From Chlamydiales bacterium (GTDB lineage Bacteria > Chlamydiota > Chlamydiia > Chlamydiales > JBDQID01), in assembly GCA_047611865.1 (NCBI GenBank), contig JBLFWS010000004.1, forward strand, positions 1-49,315: DNA of 49,315 nucleotides, in the 5' to 3' direction. The stretch's first letter is position 1. Each line of letters begins with the position of its first letter. This document shows positions 1 through 8,804 of the stretch, piece after piece. Both the position numbers and the translations under genes were made by a program. The notes beneath the pieces were generated by a model. That model was not told the DNA's origin. It searched no databases and worked only from the letters and a program-made list of their open reading frames with translations.

Positions 1-2
1 AG

Positions 3-134
3 GGGGAAGATTTGCTCAATAGGCTTACAGGAAAGCGGCAGCCTAGAGTTGAAGGACGCACCTTAGTCGTGAATCAAGAGGTTTTAGATGAATTCATCCC
101 TGAAGGCGTGCCTCGCGAACTTCTGAATATGTAG
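3..134 (+). CDS. 3' end of a gene entering from outside the window (…GEDLLNRLTGKRQPRVEGRTLVVNQEVLDEFIPEGVPRELLNM*), product unknown
   Basis: Hand translation from base 3 is open to TAG at 132-134, which is also the left flank of MITE A1. Confidence 0.6.
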   Translation, partial: GEDLLNRLTGKRQPRVEGRTLVVNQEVLDEFIPEGVPRELLNM

Positions 135-278
135 GTCGGCTATTAAAATGGCTAAACGTTATTTTGGGATCGGTCATAACTCACCTACTTGTCTGAGTAT
201 GGAGAGTTATGACCGATCCTAAATCAAGACAAAATACTTTCAAAATCAACAGTTAGCTAATTTTAACATGCGACCTAG
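132..278. mobile_element. MITE family A, copy A1 (diverged)
   Basis: Ends taggtcggctattaaaat / attttaacatgcgacctag. Internal hairpin ggatcggtcataactc…gagttatgaccgatcc matches the reverse complement of the copies at 4355 and 43700. Confidence 0.85.
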
Positions 279-1086
279 CCTCTCTTTGTCTGGGGTGTTC
301 TATTGGAATGGAGTTCAGCAGCTCTTTCGTATAATCGCTTTGGGGATTAGAGAAGATATCATCTGTGGGAGATGATTCGACAATCAGGCCTTCTTTCATA
401 ACGGCAATTCTATCGCAGATATAGCGGACCACCGATAGGTCGTGGGAGATGAAAAGATAACTCAGGTTAAATTTATTCTTTAGATCCAGCAATAAATTAA
501 GTATTTGAGCTTGAATGGAGACATCCAAGGCCGAAACGGCTTCATCACATACTATAAGGCGTGGTTTAAGGGCTACGGCGCGTCCTATGCAAATTCTTTG
601 TTGCTGTCCACCTGAGAATTCATGAGGATATCGATTGAGAGCCTCAGCGGTTAGGCCGACTTGTTCTAAGGTTTTCACCACAAGATCATTTCTTTCATGA
701 ACACTTTTTACTTTTCCATGATAATAAAGACCTTCTCCGATAGTTTCAGCAACAGTTTTTCTGGGATTTAGAGAGGAGTACGGGTCCTGAAAGATCATTT
801 GCAAATCTTTACGAAGTTCTTTTAGTCGCTTGGGCTTGGCAGCGCAGAAATCTTCTCCGCAAAAGGTTATTTCACCTTCGGTGGGCTCTATTAATCGCAT
901 GGCGGTACGGGCAGCTGTACTTTTACCTGATCCGGATTCTCCAACGAGACCCAGAACCTCCCCAGGCATGATGGAAAAATCAATTCCATCGACAGCTTTT
1001 ACTTTGCTCACTTCTTGGCGAAAAATTCCAGCGAGAATAGGGAAGTGTTTTTTTAAATTTCGGACTTTTAATAATTCATTAGTCAT
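253..1086 (-). CDS. oppF: Oligopeptide/dipeptide ABC transporter ATPase (OppF/DppF)
   Basis: Walker A GESGSGKS, signature FSGGQQQR, Walker B IVCDEAVSALD, H-loop SHDL. Confidence 0.93.
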   Translation of the reverse strand: MTNELLKVRNLKKHFPILAGIFRQEVSKVKAVDGIDFSIMPGEVLGLVGESGSGKSTAARTAMRLIEPTEGEITFCGEDFCAAKPKRLKELRKDLQMIFQDPYSSLNPRKTVAETIGEGLYYHGKVKSVHERNDLVVKTLEQVGLTAEALNRYPHEFSGGQQQRICIGRAVALKPRLIVCDEAVSALDVSIQAQILNLLLDLKNKFNLSYLFISHDLSVVRYICDRIAVMKEGLIVESSPTDDIFSNPQSDYTKELLNSIPIEHPRQREARSHVKIS

Positions 1087-1089
1087 TTG

Positions 1090-2097
1090 TTAATCCCATT
1101 TTAAGCCTGATTGTACGCTTTCATGATATAGCCAGCAAAATGTAGTGTGATTGGCAGACGTACGTTGCTGTTTGGGTACGTCTCCTTTTTGACAGCTGGG
1201 CATAGCATAGGGGCAACGGGGGGTAAAGTGGCATCCTTGTGGACGATTTGTAATCGGGGGGACATTTCCTGGAATCGTGTGAAGTTTTCCTTTTTGAGTG
1301 TTTAGGTGGGGTCTGGAAAGAAAGAGGCCTTGGGTGTAGGGGTGTGACATGTTATCGAAGATTTCGTAAACATTTCCCTGTTCCACCGAACGTGAGGAAT
1401 ACATGACAACAACATCGTCAGCCATTTCTGCAACCACACCCATATCATGGGTGATCAGGAGAAGAGCCATTCCCCTCTCGGCTTGAAGATTTTTAATGAG
1501 GTCCAAGACCTGTTTTTGGATAGTAACGTCCAGGGCAGTAGTGGGTTCATCGGCAATCAACACGTCGGGCTCACACAAAAGGGCCATGGCAATCATCACT
1601 CTTTGTTTCATTCCGCCAGAGAGTTTGTGTGGGTATTCATCAACAACCCTTTTCGGGTCAGAGATACCTACATCATCGAGTGCTTTTAAAATAGAGAGTT
1701 GAGCTTCTTCACCAAAAATATTTAGATGTAGCTCAACCACTTCCAAAAGTTGGTTGCCGACGGTGTAGACAGGGTTTAATGCCGACATAGGATCTTGAAA
1801 AATCATAGCTATGCGATCTCCACGTATGCTTCGCATAATTTTTTCTGGTAGAGAAAGCAGGTCTTGACCTTTAAACCAGATTTTTCCTTCGGGATAAAGA
1901 GCTGGGGGCTCAGGGAGAATGCGCATAATAGACAGTGCAGTCATTGATTTCCCACAACCCGATTCACCTACAAGCGCTAGAGTTTTACCGGAGTGTAGGT
2001 CAAAAGAAATGTTGTCTACGACTTTTGCGGTTTTACCTTGTACAAGGAGTTTTGTGCTTAGATTTTGGACACTGAGGATGATGCCTTGTTTTTCCAC
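1090..2097 (-). CDS. oppD: Oligopeptide/dipeptide ABC transporter ATPase (OppD/DppD)
   Basis: GESGCGKS, LSGGMKQR, IADEPTTALD, C-terminal GCHFTPRCPYA..C. Start placed at GTG 2097 (AAGGA upstream) rather than the ORF-track start 2187. Confidence 0.92.
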   Translation of the reverse strand: MEKQGIILSVQNLSTKLLVQGKTAKVVDNISFDLHSGKTLALVGESGCGKSMTALSIMRILPEPPALYPEGKIWFKGQDLLSLPEKIMRSIRGDRIAMIFQDPMSALNPVYTVGNQLLEVVELHLNIFGEEAQLSILKALDDVGISDPKRVVDEYPHKLSGGMKQRVMIAMALLCEPDVLIADEPTTALDVTIQKQVLDLIKNLQAERGMALLLITHDMGVVAEMADDVVVMYSSRSVEQGNVYEIFDNMSHPYTQGLFLSRPHLNTQKGKLHTIPGNVPPITNRPQGCHFTPRCPYAMPSCQKGDVPKQQRTSANHTTFCWLYHESVQSGLKWD

Positions 2098-2139
2098 GTT
2101 ATTTGGTCCTTTATTACAGCAGGGATATGTCTCTATTAT

Positions 2140-2168
2140 TTGCATAAAAGAGAAAAAAGCGATACAGT
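2140..2168 (+). promoter_or_regulatory. Putative sigma66/sigma70-type promoter for the DUF47-pit pair
   Basis: TTGCAT-N17-TACAGT, 37 nt upstream of ATG 2206. Confidence 0.45.
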
Positions 2169-2205
2169 ATTCAACTTTGAAAGTCAAAAAACATAGGCGT
2201 AAGAA

Positions 2206-2880
2206 ATGCGTGCAATCCTGAGTTTATTTTATCAGTCCCCTTTTGCCCCTCTTCGGAAGCACATGGATGAAGTGGGCTATTGCATGGAGAAAATCCGTGA
2301 AATTATCGAAAGCTACAAGGCCGGAGATCAGGAAGCTGTTGAGGGTTTAGCGAAAATAATTAGTAAACTTGAGCATAACGCAGATTTAACGAAAAACGAT
2401 ATTCGAAATAACCTCCCCAAAAGTCTCTTTCTCCCTATAGATAGGGGGAATCTACTGGAAATCCTTTCTATTCAAGACTGTTTAGCCGATAAAGCTGAAG
2501 ATATCGGTGTTTTACTTACCTTGAAACCTTATCAAAAAGTTGAAGGTTTTGAAGAAGAGTTTAGTGCTCTTTTAGACAAAAATATGGAAGCTTTTCACAA
2601 AGTAAGACTCATAATTGAAGAAATGCATGAACTTTTGCAATCTTCTTTTGGAGGTTCAGAGGCTGAAAAAGTGAAAACTATGGTCGAAGAAGTCGCCTAT
2701 TTTGAGCATGAAGCGGACCTCATACAGAGAAGAGTTATTAAAATATTATACAACAGTGAAGACCAGATACCTTACACGACTTTTTCTCTACTCATGCATA
2801 TTGTGGGAGAAGTTGGTGCTATTGCTGATCTTTCTGAGAAGCTGGCAAACCGAGTGCGAATGACGCTGGAACTTAAATAA
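2206..2880 (+). CDS. DUF47 / PhoU-like phosphate transport regulator
   Basis: SPFAPL..HM, LEHNADLTK and EHEADLIQ repeats; lies directly upstream of a PiT transporter. Confidence 0.88.
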   Translation: MRAILSLFYQSPFAPLRKHMDEVGYCMEKIREIIESYKAGDQEAVEGLAKIISKLEHNADLTKNDIRNNLPKSLFLPIDRGNLLEILSIQDCLADKAEDIGVLLTLKPYQKVEGFEEEFSALLDKNMEAFHKVRLIIEEMHELLQSSFGGSEAEKVKTMVEEVAYFEHEADLIQRRVIKILYNSEDQIPYTTFSLLMHIVGEVGAIADLSEKLANRVRMTLELK

Positions 2881-2933
2881 GTAGTTGCTGGTTCTATATT
2901 TATAAAAAAAATAGAAGTGAGAAGGTTTAGCTA

Positions 2934-4358
2934 ATGGAATATGAATCAACCCTTATCATTGCTGCCATTTGCGTTGGCTTTTATATGGCTTGGAATATTG
3001 GAGCAAATGACGTAGCGAATGCTATCGGGACTTCAGTAGGATCGGGTTCTTTAAGCCTAAAAAGGGCTGTGATTCTGGCTGGGATATTTGAGTTTTCTGG
3101 TGCATTATTTGTTGGAGCGTCGGTCTCACAAACAATTCAAAAAGGGATTATTAATACGGAGATCTTTGCCGGTGATCCTCATGCTCTAATTTACGGAATG
3201 ATGGCAAGCCTGTTATCTGCAGGTATTTGGCTTCAAGTGGCTTCCTACTATGGTTGGCCTGTATCTACAACCCACACAATTGTTGGGGCTGTTTTAGGGT
3301 TCGGGGCCATGTATGGTGGTTTACAAGCTGTTTATTGGGGAACAGTGGCGTCTATTGTTGGTAGTTGGGTGATTTCACCGCTTTTGGGAGCTGCTTCTTC
3401 TTATTTATTCTTTACGTTTATATCTCGAAAAATATTTTATAATGCACATCCCGTTAAAGCAGCCATTCGACTAACTCCGTTTCTTGTTTTTTGGGTCTCG
3501 GGGATTTTAACTATGGTCACTTTATTTAAGGGACTAAAAAATCTACATTTAGATTTATCCAATGCTAGTGCCATGGCTATTTCTATTGGGGTTTCTTTGT
3601 TTTGTGCTTTAGTTGGGTACTTAGTTGTACGAAGGTACGATGTAGAAACAAGTCCAGAGCTTGAAGACAACAGGCAGAATCCTCAAGTAATATTTGCTTT
3701 GCAAAAGGCTCAAAAACATTTACTTAGGGCTCAAGGTGATGCTACAGGTGAGGTGTATATTCATCTAGGTGGAATGATCGATGAAGTTTCTCATACGGCA
3801 GCAAATCTTAAAAAGCAGACATTGTCTCACCAAAATAGTTCAGAATTCGTCATCGTAGAAAAGATTTTTGCCTGTTTACAGGTCCTAAGTGCTTCATGCA
3901 TGGCTTTTGCTCATGGAGCGAATGACGTTGCGAATGCTATAGGTCCTTTGTCAGCAATTATTGTTACAATTAAAACGGGTGTCGTTAATACCTCATCGGA
4001 AGTCCCTTTTTGGGTTTTATTGCTTGGTGCCACAGGTATTGTGATTGGTTTAGCTTCATGGGGCTGGCGTGTGGTAGATACAATTGGTAAGCGCATCACA
4101 GAGTTAACTCCATCTAGAGGTTTTGCAGCAGAATTTGGTGCTGCTACGACGATTCTTATTGCTTCAAAAATGGGACTCCCTGTTTCAACGACGCATACTT
4201 TAGTGGGGGCTGTTTTAGGGGTAGGACTTGCCAGAGGTATAGGTGCTCTTAACTTAAATACTATACGGGATATTTTTGTCTCTTGGATTGTAACTGTACC
4301 AATTGGAGCTGTATTGGCCATTATATTTTTCTCAGTGCTTAATGGATTTTTTGGCTAG
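2934..4358 (+). CDS. pit: Inorganic phosphate transporter, PiT (PHO4) family
   Basis: Two GANDVANA signature motifs, two PVSTTH motifs, multiple TM helices. Confidence 0.95.
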   Translation: MEYESTLIIAAICVGFYMAWNIGANDVANAIGTSVGSGSLSLKRAVILAGIFEFSGALFVGASVSQTIQKGIINTEIFAGDPHALIYGMMASLLSAGIWLQVASYYGWPVSTTHTIVGAVLGFGAMYGGLQAVYWGTVASIVGSWVISPLLGAASSYLFFTFISRKIFYNAHPVKAAIRLTPFLVFWVSGILTMVTLFKGLKNLHLDLSNASAMAISIGVSLFCALVGYLVVRRYDVETSPELEDNRQNPQVIFALQKAQKHLLRAQGDATGEVYIHLGGMIDEVSHTAANLKKQTLSHQNSSEFVIVEKIFACLQVLSASCMAFAHGANDVANAIGPLSAIIVTIKTGVVNTSSEVPFWVLLLGATGIVIGLASWGWRVVDTIGKRITELTPSRGFAAEFGAATTILIASKMGLPVSTTHTLVGAVLGVGLARGIGALNLNTIRDIFVSWIVTVPIGAVLAIIFFSVLNGFFG

Positions 4359-4502
4359 GGCGTGTTTTCAAATTAGGGAATGTCTGATTTTAAGAGCATT
4401 TTGTTTTGATTTTGGATCGGTCATAATTCTCCATACTTAGACAAGTCGGTTAGCTATGACCGATCCAAAGGCAGGCGTTCGTAATTTTAATACACGACCT
4501 AG
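4355..4502. mobile_element. MITE family A, copy A2, on the pit stop codon
   Basis: ctagggcgtgttttcaaatta … taattttaatacacgacctag, CTAG at both ends, internal ggatcggtcata…tatgaccgatcc hairpin. Confidence 0.9.
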
Positions 4503-4552
4503 GTTTCCTACATGTAAAGGGTAGGGCGTTTAGATAATTTAAAGGAGAAGTT

Positions 4553-5503
4553 GTGCTAGACCACACTCAAGCAATGGGAATGGTCTTGTTGGCTGCACTT
4601 CTTCATGCAGCATGGAATTCTTTGGTTAAAGGGGGCAATGACAAGTTTCTAACTGTTGTTGCTGTCGCCATGTCATCGACATTTGTAGCTATCATATCCT
4701 TAGTTTTCTTTCCTTCTTTAACAAATGAAGCGTGGCCATACATTACATTCTCTCTTTTTTTACACACGGCATATTCCTGTTTTTTAGCCCAGTCATACAA
4801 ATATGGGGACCTAAGTTTTGTTTACCCCATTGCCCGTGGCATAGCTCCCTTATTAGTTGCCTTTTTATCTTATTTTTTTGCTGGTGAAATTTTGGACTTG
4901 CGAGAGATTGTGGGGATCGCTCTCATTTCTATAGGAATTATGAGTATTACTTTTACGTCTCGTGGAAAAGGAGCGGTTGACAGCAAAAAAGCAATATTCT
5001 TTTCCTTAGGAACGGGATGCTTTATAGCTTCCTATACTATTGTGGATGGTATTGGGGCGAGAGTGTCAGGAGAGCCTCTGGCTTATGGTGCTTGGTTATT
5101 TGCTTTTATTGGATGGCCTTTATTGGCAATTGCTCTGGTAGTTAGAGGCAAGGAAGCTGTGTTGAAGGGTTTTGCGGAATGCTTCAAATCAGGAATCATT
5201 GGAGGCAGTTGTTCCTTGGTAGCCTATGTTCTGGTGATATGGGCTTTAAGTTTCAATACAATGGCATCTGTTTCTGCATTAAGAGAAACGAGTGTAATAA
5301 TTGGTTCTGTCATCGGAGTCTACTTTTTCAAAGAATCACTCGGTAGGTGGAGAATTACTGCGGCTGCTCTTGTTACGATAGGGGTTTTGGTAATGAACTT
5401 TCAGAAAGAGCCGATTTTCCAAGAAGATGTTCCAATGGGTCAAAAGCTTGTAGAAGATGAAGTTTTTGAAGGTGAACTCTTGAGTATCCATGAGCACTCA
5501 TGA
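4553..5503 (+). CDS. EamA/DMT-family transporter
   Basis: AALLHAAWN, GDLSFVYPIARG and VSALRETSV motifs; about 10 TM helices; AAGGAG RBS before GTG. Confidence 0.9.
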   Translation: MLDHTQAMGMVLLAALLHAAWNSLVKGGNDKFLTVVAVAMSSTFVAIISLVFFPSLTNEAWPYITFSLFLHTAYSCFLAQSYKYGDLSFVYPIARGIAPLLVAFLSYFFAGEILDLREIVGIALISIGIMSITFTSRGKGAVDSKKAIFFSLGTGCFIASYTIVDGIGARVSGEPLAYGAWLFAFIGWPLLAIALVVRGKEAVLKGFAECFKSGIIGGSCSLVAYVLVIWALSFNTMASVSALRETSVIIGSVIGVYFFKESLGRWRITAAALVTIGVLVMNFQKEPIFQEDVPMGQKLVEDEVFEGELLSIHEHS

Positions 5504-7282
5504 TTTGTGCATTTTGGGGTCGAAAGCATCCCGGAGGGCATCTCCAACCAAAGCGATGGCTACTAAAAGGATCGTTAAAAGTATTCCTGGCGGCCATAGA
5601 AGGTAGCTTTCACCAGGAAAAGCGCTTCTGCCTTCGTCCATAAGTACACCCCAGGAGCATGACCCCTCTTCCCCAAGTCCAAGGAATGATAAACCTGCTT
5701 CGCTAGTGATTGCTCCCATTATAGCAAAGGGTAAGAGAGTAAGAAGTGGAGGTATGGCATTGGGTAATACGTGAGAGAAAATAATCCTTATGTCGTTGAG
5801 TCCCAATGCCTTACAGGCGTCTACGTAGGGTAGATTTCTCTGTCTCAAAGTTTCACCTCGTACAAATCTACAAAATCCAGTCCATCCAAAAATACCTAAG
5901 ACGGTGATAATGAGGAAAATCGATTTTGTTTGAAGTACTGAGACAACGAGTAAGAGCATGAATAGTGTGGGCATAGATTCCCATATTTCTAATACTCGAA
6001 AAACAACTATGTCAATTTTCCCTCCGTAGAAGCCTGCAATTGCGCCTATTGGAACCCCTATTGATAAGGCAAGTATCATAGATGTTAGCCCTACGACTAG
6101 AGATATGCGTATTCCAAAAATTAAAGCTGCCGTGAGATCTTTTCTATTTATTCGTGTGAGTTCCCACCAATCCACGTATTTATTGAGAGCTTGTTCGCCA
6201 CCAGCATCATCTTCCCAGTGAAAAGGTCTTAGTAAGGGCATTATTTGAAAGGAAATTTTAGCAGATTCCTGCTCTAGCCATTTTTGTCTGTCGAGTATGT
6301 AGTTCATATTAGCTTGTGTATCTTCATACTTTGAAAGAGTTCTTCTCGCTTTTCGGAGTTTTTTTCTTTCATTTGATGACATTTTGGAGACAAAGTCGAA
6401 TCTAGTTTTTGATTTTTCATAAATGGATTTTGCTTGAGGAAATTGGCCTGTCCCTTGGATTTTTTTTAACTTAGCCAGATTTATTTTTACTTCCGATTTA
6501 GCAAGAAGGAATTCCTCAGAAAATGGTAGGTAGTGCTGTTCTAGAGAGGGTAGTTGCTTTTGTGTTTGCTCGTAGCCTTCCTTGTTATTTTCTAAAAATT
6601 GATGATGCCTTTCGATTTCTTCAATTTCGTGGCTATGCTCAACTTGCCATAGGGTTGGTAATTTCATTTGGTTTTTTTCGTAGTATGCTTCTGAATATTT
6701 TGCCATTCGATGGTGTTGATCAAGGCGTTGTTGGTAGCGAAGAACCTTATTCAGGCGGGCATAGTTGTTGAGGTATTTGAGATCAAAGACCCAGTTGGAA
6801 TTTAAGGGAAGTTTACTAAGTAAAAGATCTTCGCCTTTATCTTTTAAGCGTTGCTGAATTTCGCTTTGTCGGGCAGCATTTAGTGTTGGGTCGCTTGCAG
6901 GGTCTACTACTACACCAAAGGCATAGTAAGAGAAAAGGAAAACTTGGATAAATGCTATCGAGAAAAGGATTTGTCGTTTCCATTTTGTAATAAAAAAAGT
7001 AGTGAAGAAGAAAAATGGAAAAGTGCATGCTAATATATTAAAAAATATATCTAGTTTCTTTGTAAATAATGCTGAACAAAACAAGTATTTAAACAATGGG
7101 AAGTAAATTTCTCCATCGTAATAAACTACTAGTGGTTTACTGGAAGCGAGGAAGGGGGCATAAATTCCGATAAGGACAAAAAGGCTTACGACAGCCATCG
7201 CGGAGCAACCAATCTTTTGCTTAAGAAACTGCTTCCCAATTATTTGCCAGTAAGAGTCTAGGATTATTTTTTTTTCTGACAT
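5498..7282 (-). CDS. oppC: Oligopeptide ABC permease OppC, long chlamydial type with a large charged insert
   Basis: C-terminal GIRISLVVG…EAA-loop (YVDACKALG), HVLPNA, GDALRDAFDPK; start ATG 7282 or TTG 7288. Confidence 0.9.
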   Translation of the reverse strand: MSEKKIILDSYWQIIGKQFLKQKIGCSAMAVVSLFVLIGIYAPFLASSKPLVVYYDGEIYFPLFKYLFCSALFTKKLDIFFNILACTFPFFFFTTFFITKWKRQILFSIAFIQVFLFSYYAFGVVVDPASDPTLNAARQSEIQQRLKDKGEDLLLSKLPLNSNWVFDLKYLNNYARLNKVLRYQQRLDQHHRMAKYSEAYYEKNQMKLPTLWQVEHSHEIEEIERHHQFLENNKEGYEQTQKQLPSLEQHYLPFSEEFLLAKSEVKINLAKLKKIQGTGQFPQAKSIYEKSKTRFDFVSKMSSNERKKLRKARRTLSKYEDTQANMNYILDRQKWLEQESAKISFQIMPLLRPFHWEDDAGGEQALNKYVDWWELTRINRKDLTAALIFGIRISLVVGLTSMILALSIGVPIGAIAGFYGGKIDIVVFRVLEIWESMPTLFMLLLVVSVLQTKSIFLIITVLGIFGWTGFCRFVRGETLRQRNLPYVDACKALGLNDIRIIFSHVLPNAIPPLLTLLPFAIMGAITSEAGLSFLGLGEEGSCSWGVLMDEGRSAFPGESYLLWPPGILLTILLVAIALVGDALRDAFDPKMHKS

Positions 7283-7284
7283 CT

Positions 7285-8787
7285 TCAATCCAGTGTTAGT
7301 CTTGGGTCAAGCATAGTATAAGCAATATCTGCAATGAGGTAGCCTATTAATGTAAGGAAGGCACTTGCAAGAGCTGAAAACATTATGACATTATAGTCGC
7401 GGTTAATAATTGCTTCGTAAAAAAACCTTCCGAAGCCATTGATTTCAAAGATAGTTTCGATAATCAGAGAGCCTCCTAGAATGACCCCTAGTGATCCAGC
7501 GATTGAGGTAACGATAGTTATGGATGCATTACGTCCAACGTGCTTTACAAGGACGTGAAAGGGGTGGAGACCTTTTGCCCGGGCAGTTCTGACATAGTCT
7601 TGCCGAAGAACTTCTAGTACGGCAGTTCGGGATAGGCGGGTCTGAGCTGCTAAGCTCCCGTATATGATAGCTATTAAAGGTAAGGCAATATGTTGTGCAA
7701 CGTCCCAAAGGCGCTGCCAGGAACTTAGATTATTATATACACCTTCATCACTGGTGAATCCGCTATAAGGGATACTGATATCTGTAAAAGGAAAGGTGTT
7801 ATGAAGAGCTACTTTTTCAATGAGAAAAGGGGCAACAACAAAAACCGGTGTGGCATAAAGAACTAATGCAATGATATTTAAGAAGATGTCTTGAAATTTA
7901 TTTTGCTTTAAAGCCATGTAAAATCCGATTACCTGACACAAAATGAAGGTAATGAGCATGGGTAAGACAGCTAATGTTAGTGAGTATTTAAAACGTTTAG
8001 TTACCTCATGGAGAACGGTTTTGTTGGGGTCGTTGCGTAAGCTTCCAAAATCCAAAGTAAGCACACGAGTAAGGTAACGTAAAAAACGAGTTTCAAAGAA
8101 CAAGATCTTCCATGTTTGAGCACTGTCTGGATCGAAATGGCGACTTTCAGCATTTTCCTCGTACCATCTGTTAAGCAGGCCTACTTTCTCTGAGGTAAGA
8201 GTGCTTGAATCGTTTGGTATGAGAAGGAACTCTCTAAGAAGTTGGTTGTCCTTGGCGATTTTTCGGTTTTCAAGTTTTTGTTCAGAGCTTAGTTGTGACC
8301 CAACGTATCCTTGTCGGGTACCTCCTCGGACAAAATAGCGGACTGCTAAGCGACGGACAGCAATATCTTCCTGGATATTGTTTGCAATAGCTAGGAGATG
8401 GGGGAGGGTATATTGAGCTTGGTCGCCAAATCTGATGCGTAAGGAGTTGTATTCTTTGGCATCCATCTCCTTTTCATCACCCTCAGAGTTTTTGCGAGAA
8501 GATAGTTTGTGTAGGTTTCTTAGTAGTTCATCAAAATCAATACTGGGCCAGGTGTTTAAGAAAATAGGCAGGGTTAAACCATAATATTCTCTGAATTGTA
8601 AGTATTGATCGTCTGCTATAGAGGGTACAGACTGCTCTTCGCTTCGCGTGACATTTCCTTCGTCAGAAATTTCTGTCACGGATGTAGGCTCACCTGGGGC
8701 AAGGTTGATGATGAAAAAATTTACGAGTACGATACAAAACAGAGTAAACGGTAGTAAAAGTAAACGTCGGAAAATGTAGGATATCAT
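7285..8787 (-). CDS. oppB: Oligopeptide ABC permease OppB
   Basis: MISYIFRRLL, LAPGEP, LRQDYVRTARAKGL, DIAYTMLDPRL. Confidence 0.93.
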   Translation of the reverse strand: MISYIFRRLLLLPFTLFCIVLVNFFIINLAPGEPTSVTEISDEGNVTRSEEQSVPSIADDQYLQFREYYGLTLPIFLNTWPSIDFDELLRNLHKLSSRKNSEGDEKEMDAKEYNSLRIRFGDQAQYTLPHLLAIANNIQEDIAVRRLAVRYFVRGGTRQGYVGSQLSSEQKLENRKIAKDNQLLREFLLIPNDSSTLTSEKVGLLNRWYEENAESRHFDPDSAQTWKILFFETRFLRYLTRVLTLDFGSLRNDPNKTVLHEVTKRFKYSLTLAVLPMLITFILCQVIGFYMALKQNKFQDIFLNIIALVLYATPVFVVAPFLIEKVALHNTFPFTDISIPYSGFTSDEGVYNNLSSWQRLWDVAQHIALPLIAIIYGSLAAQTRLSRTAVLEVLRQDYVRTARAKGLHPFHVLVKHVGRNASITIVTSIAGSLGVILGGSLIIETIFEINGFGRFFYEAIINRDYNVIMFSALASAFLTLIGYLIADIAYTMLDPRLTLD

Positions 8788-8804
8788 ATTTTTACCGTAT
8801 CCCC

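Noticed and set aside
6200..6900. Large charged insert in OppC as a novel fusion
   Set aside because: As recalled, long OppC and OppB proteins of this type are normal in chlamydiae
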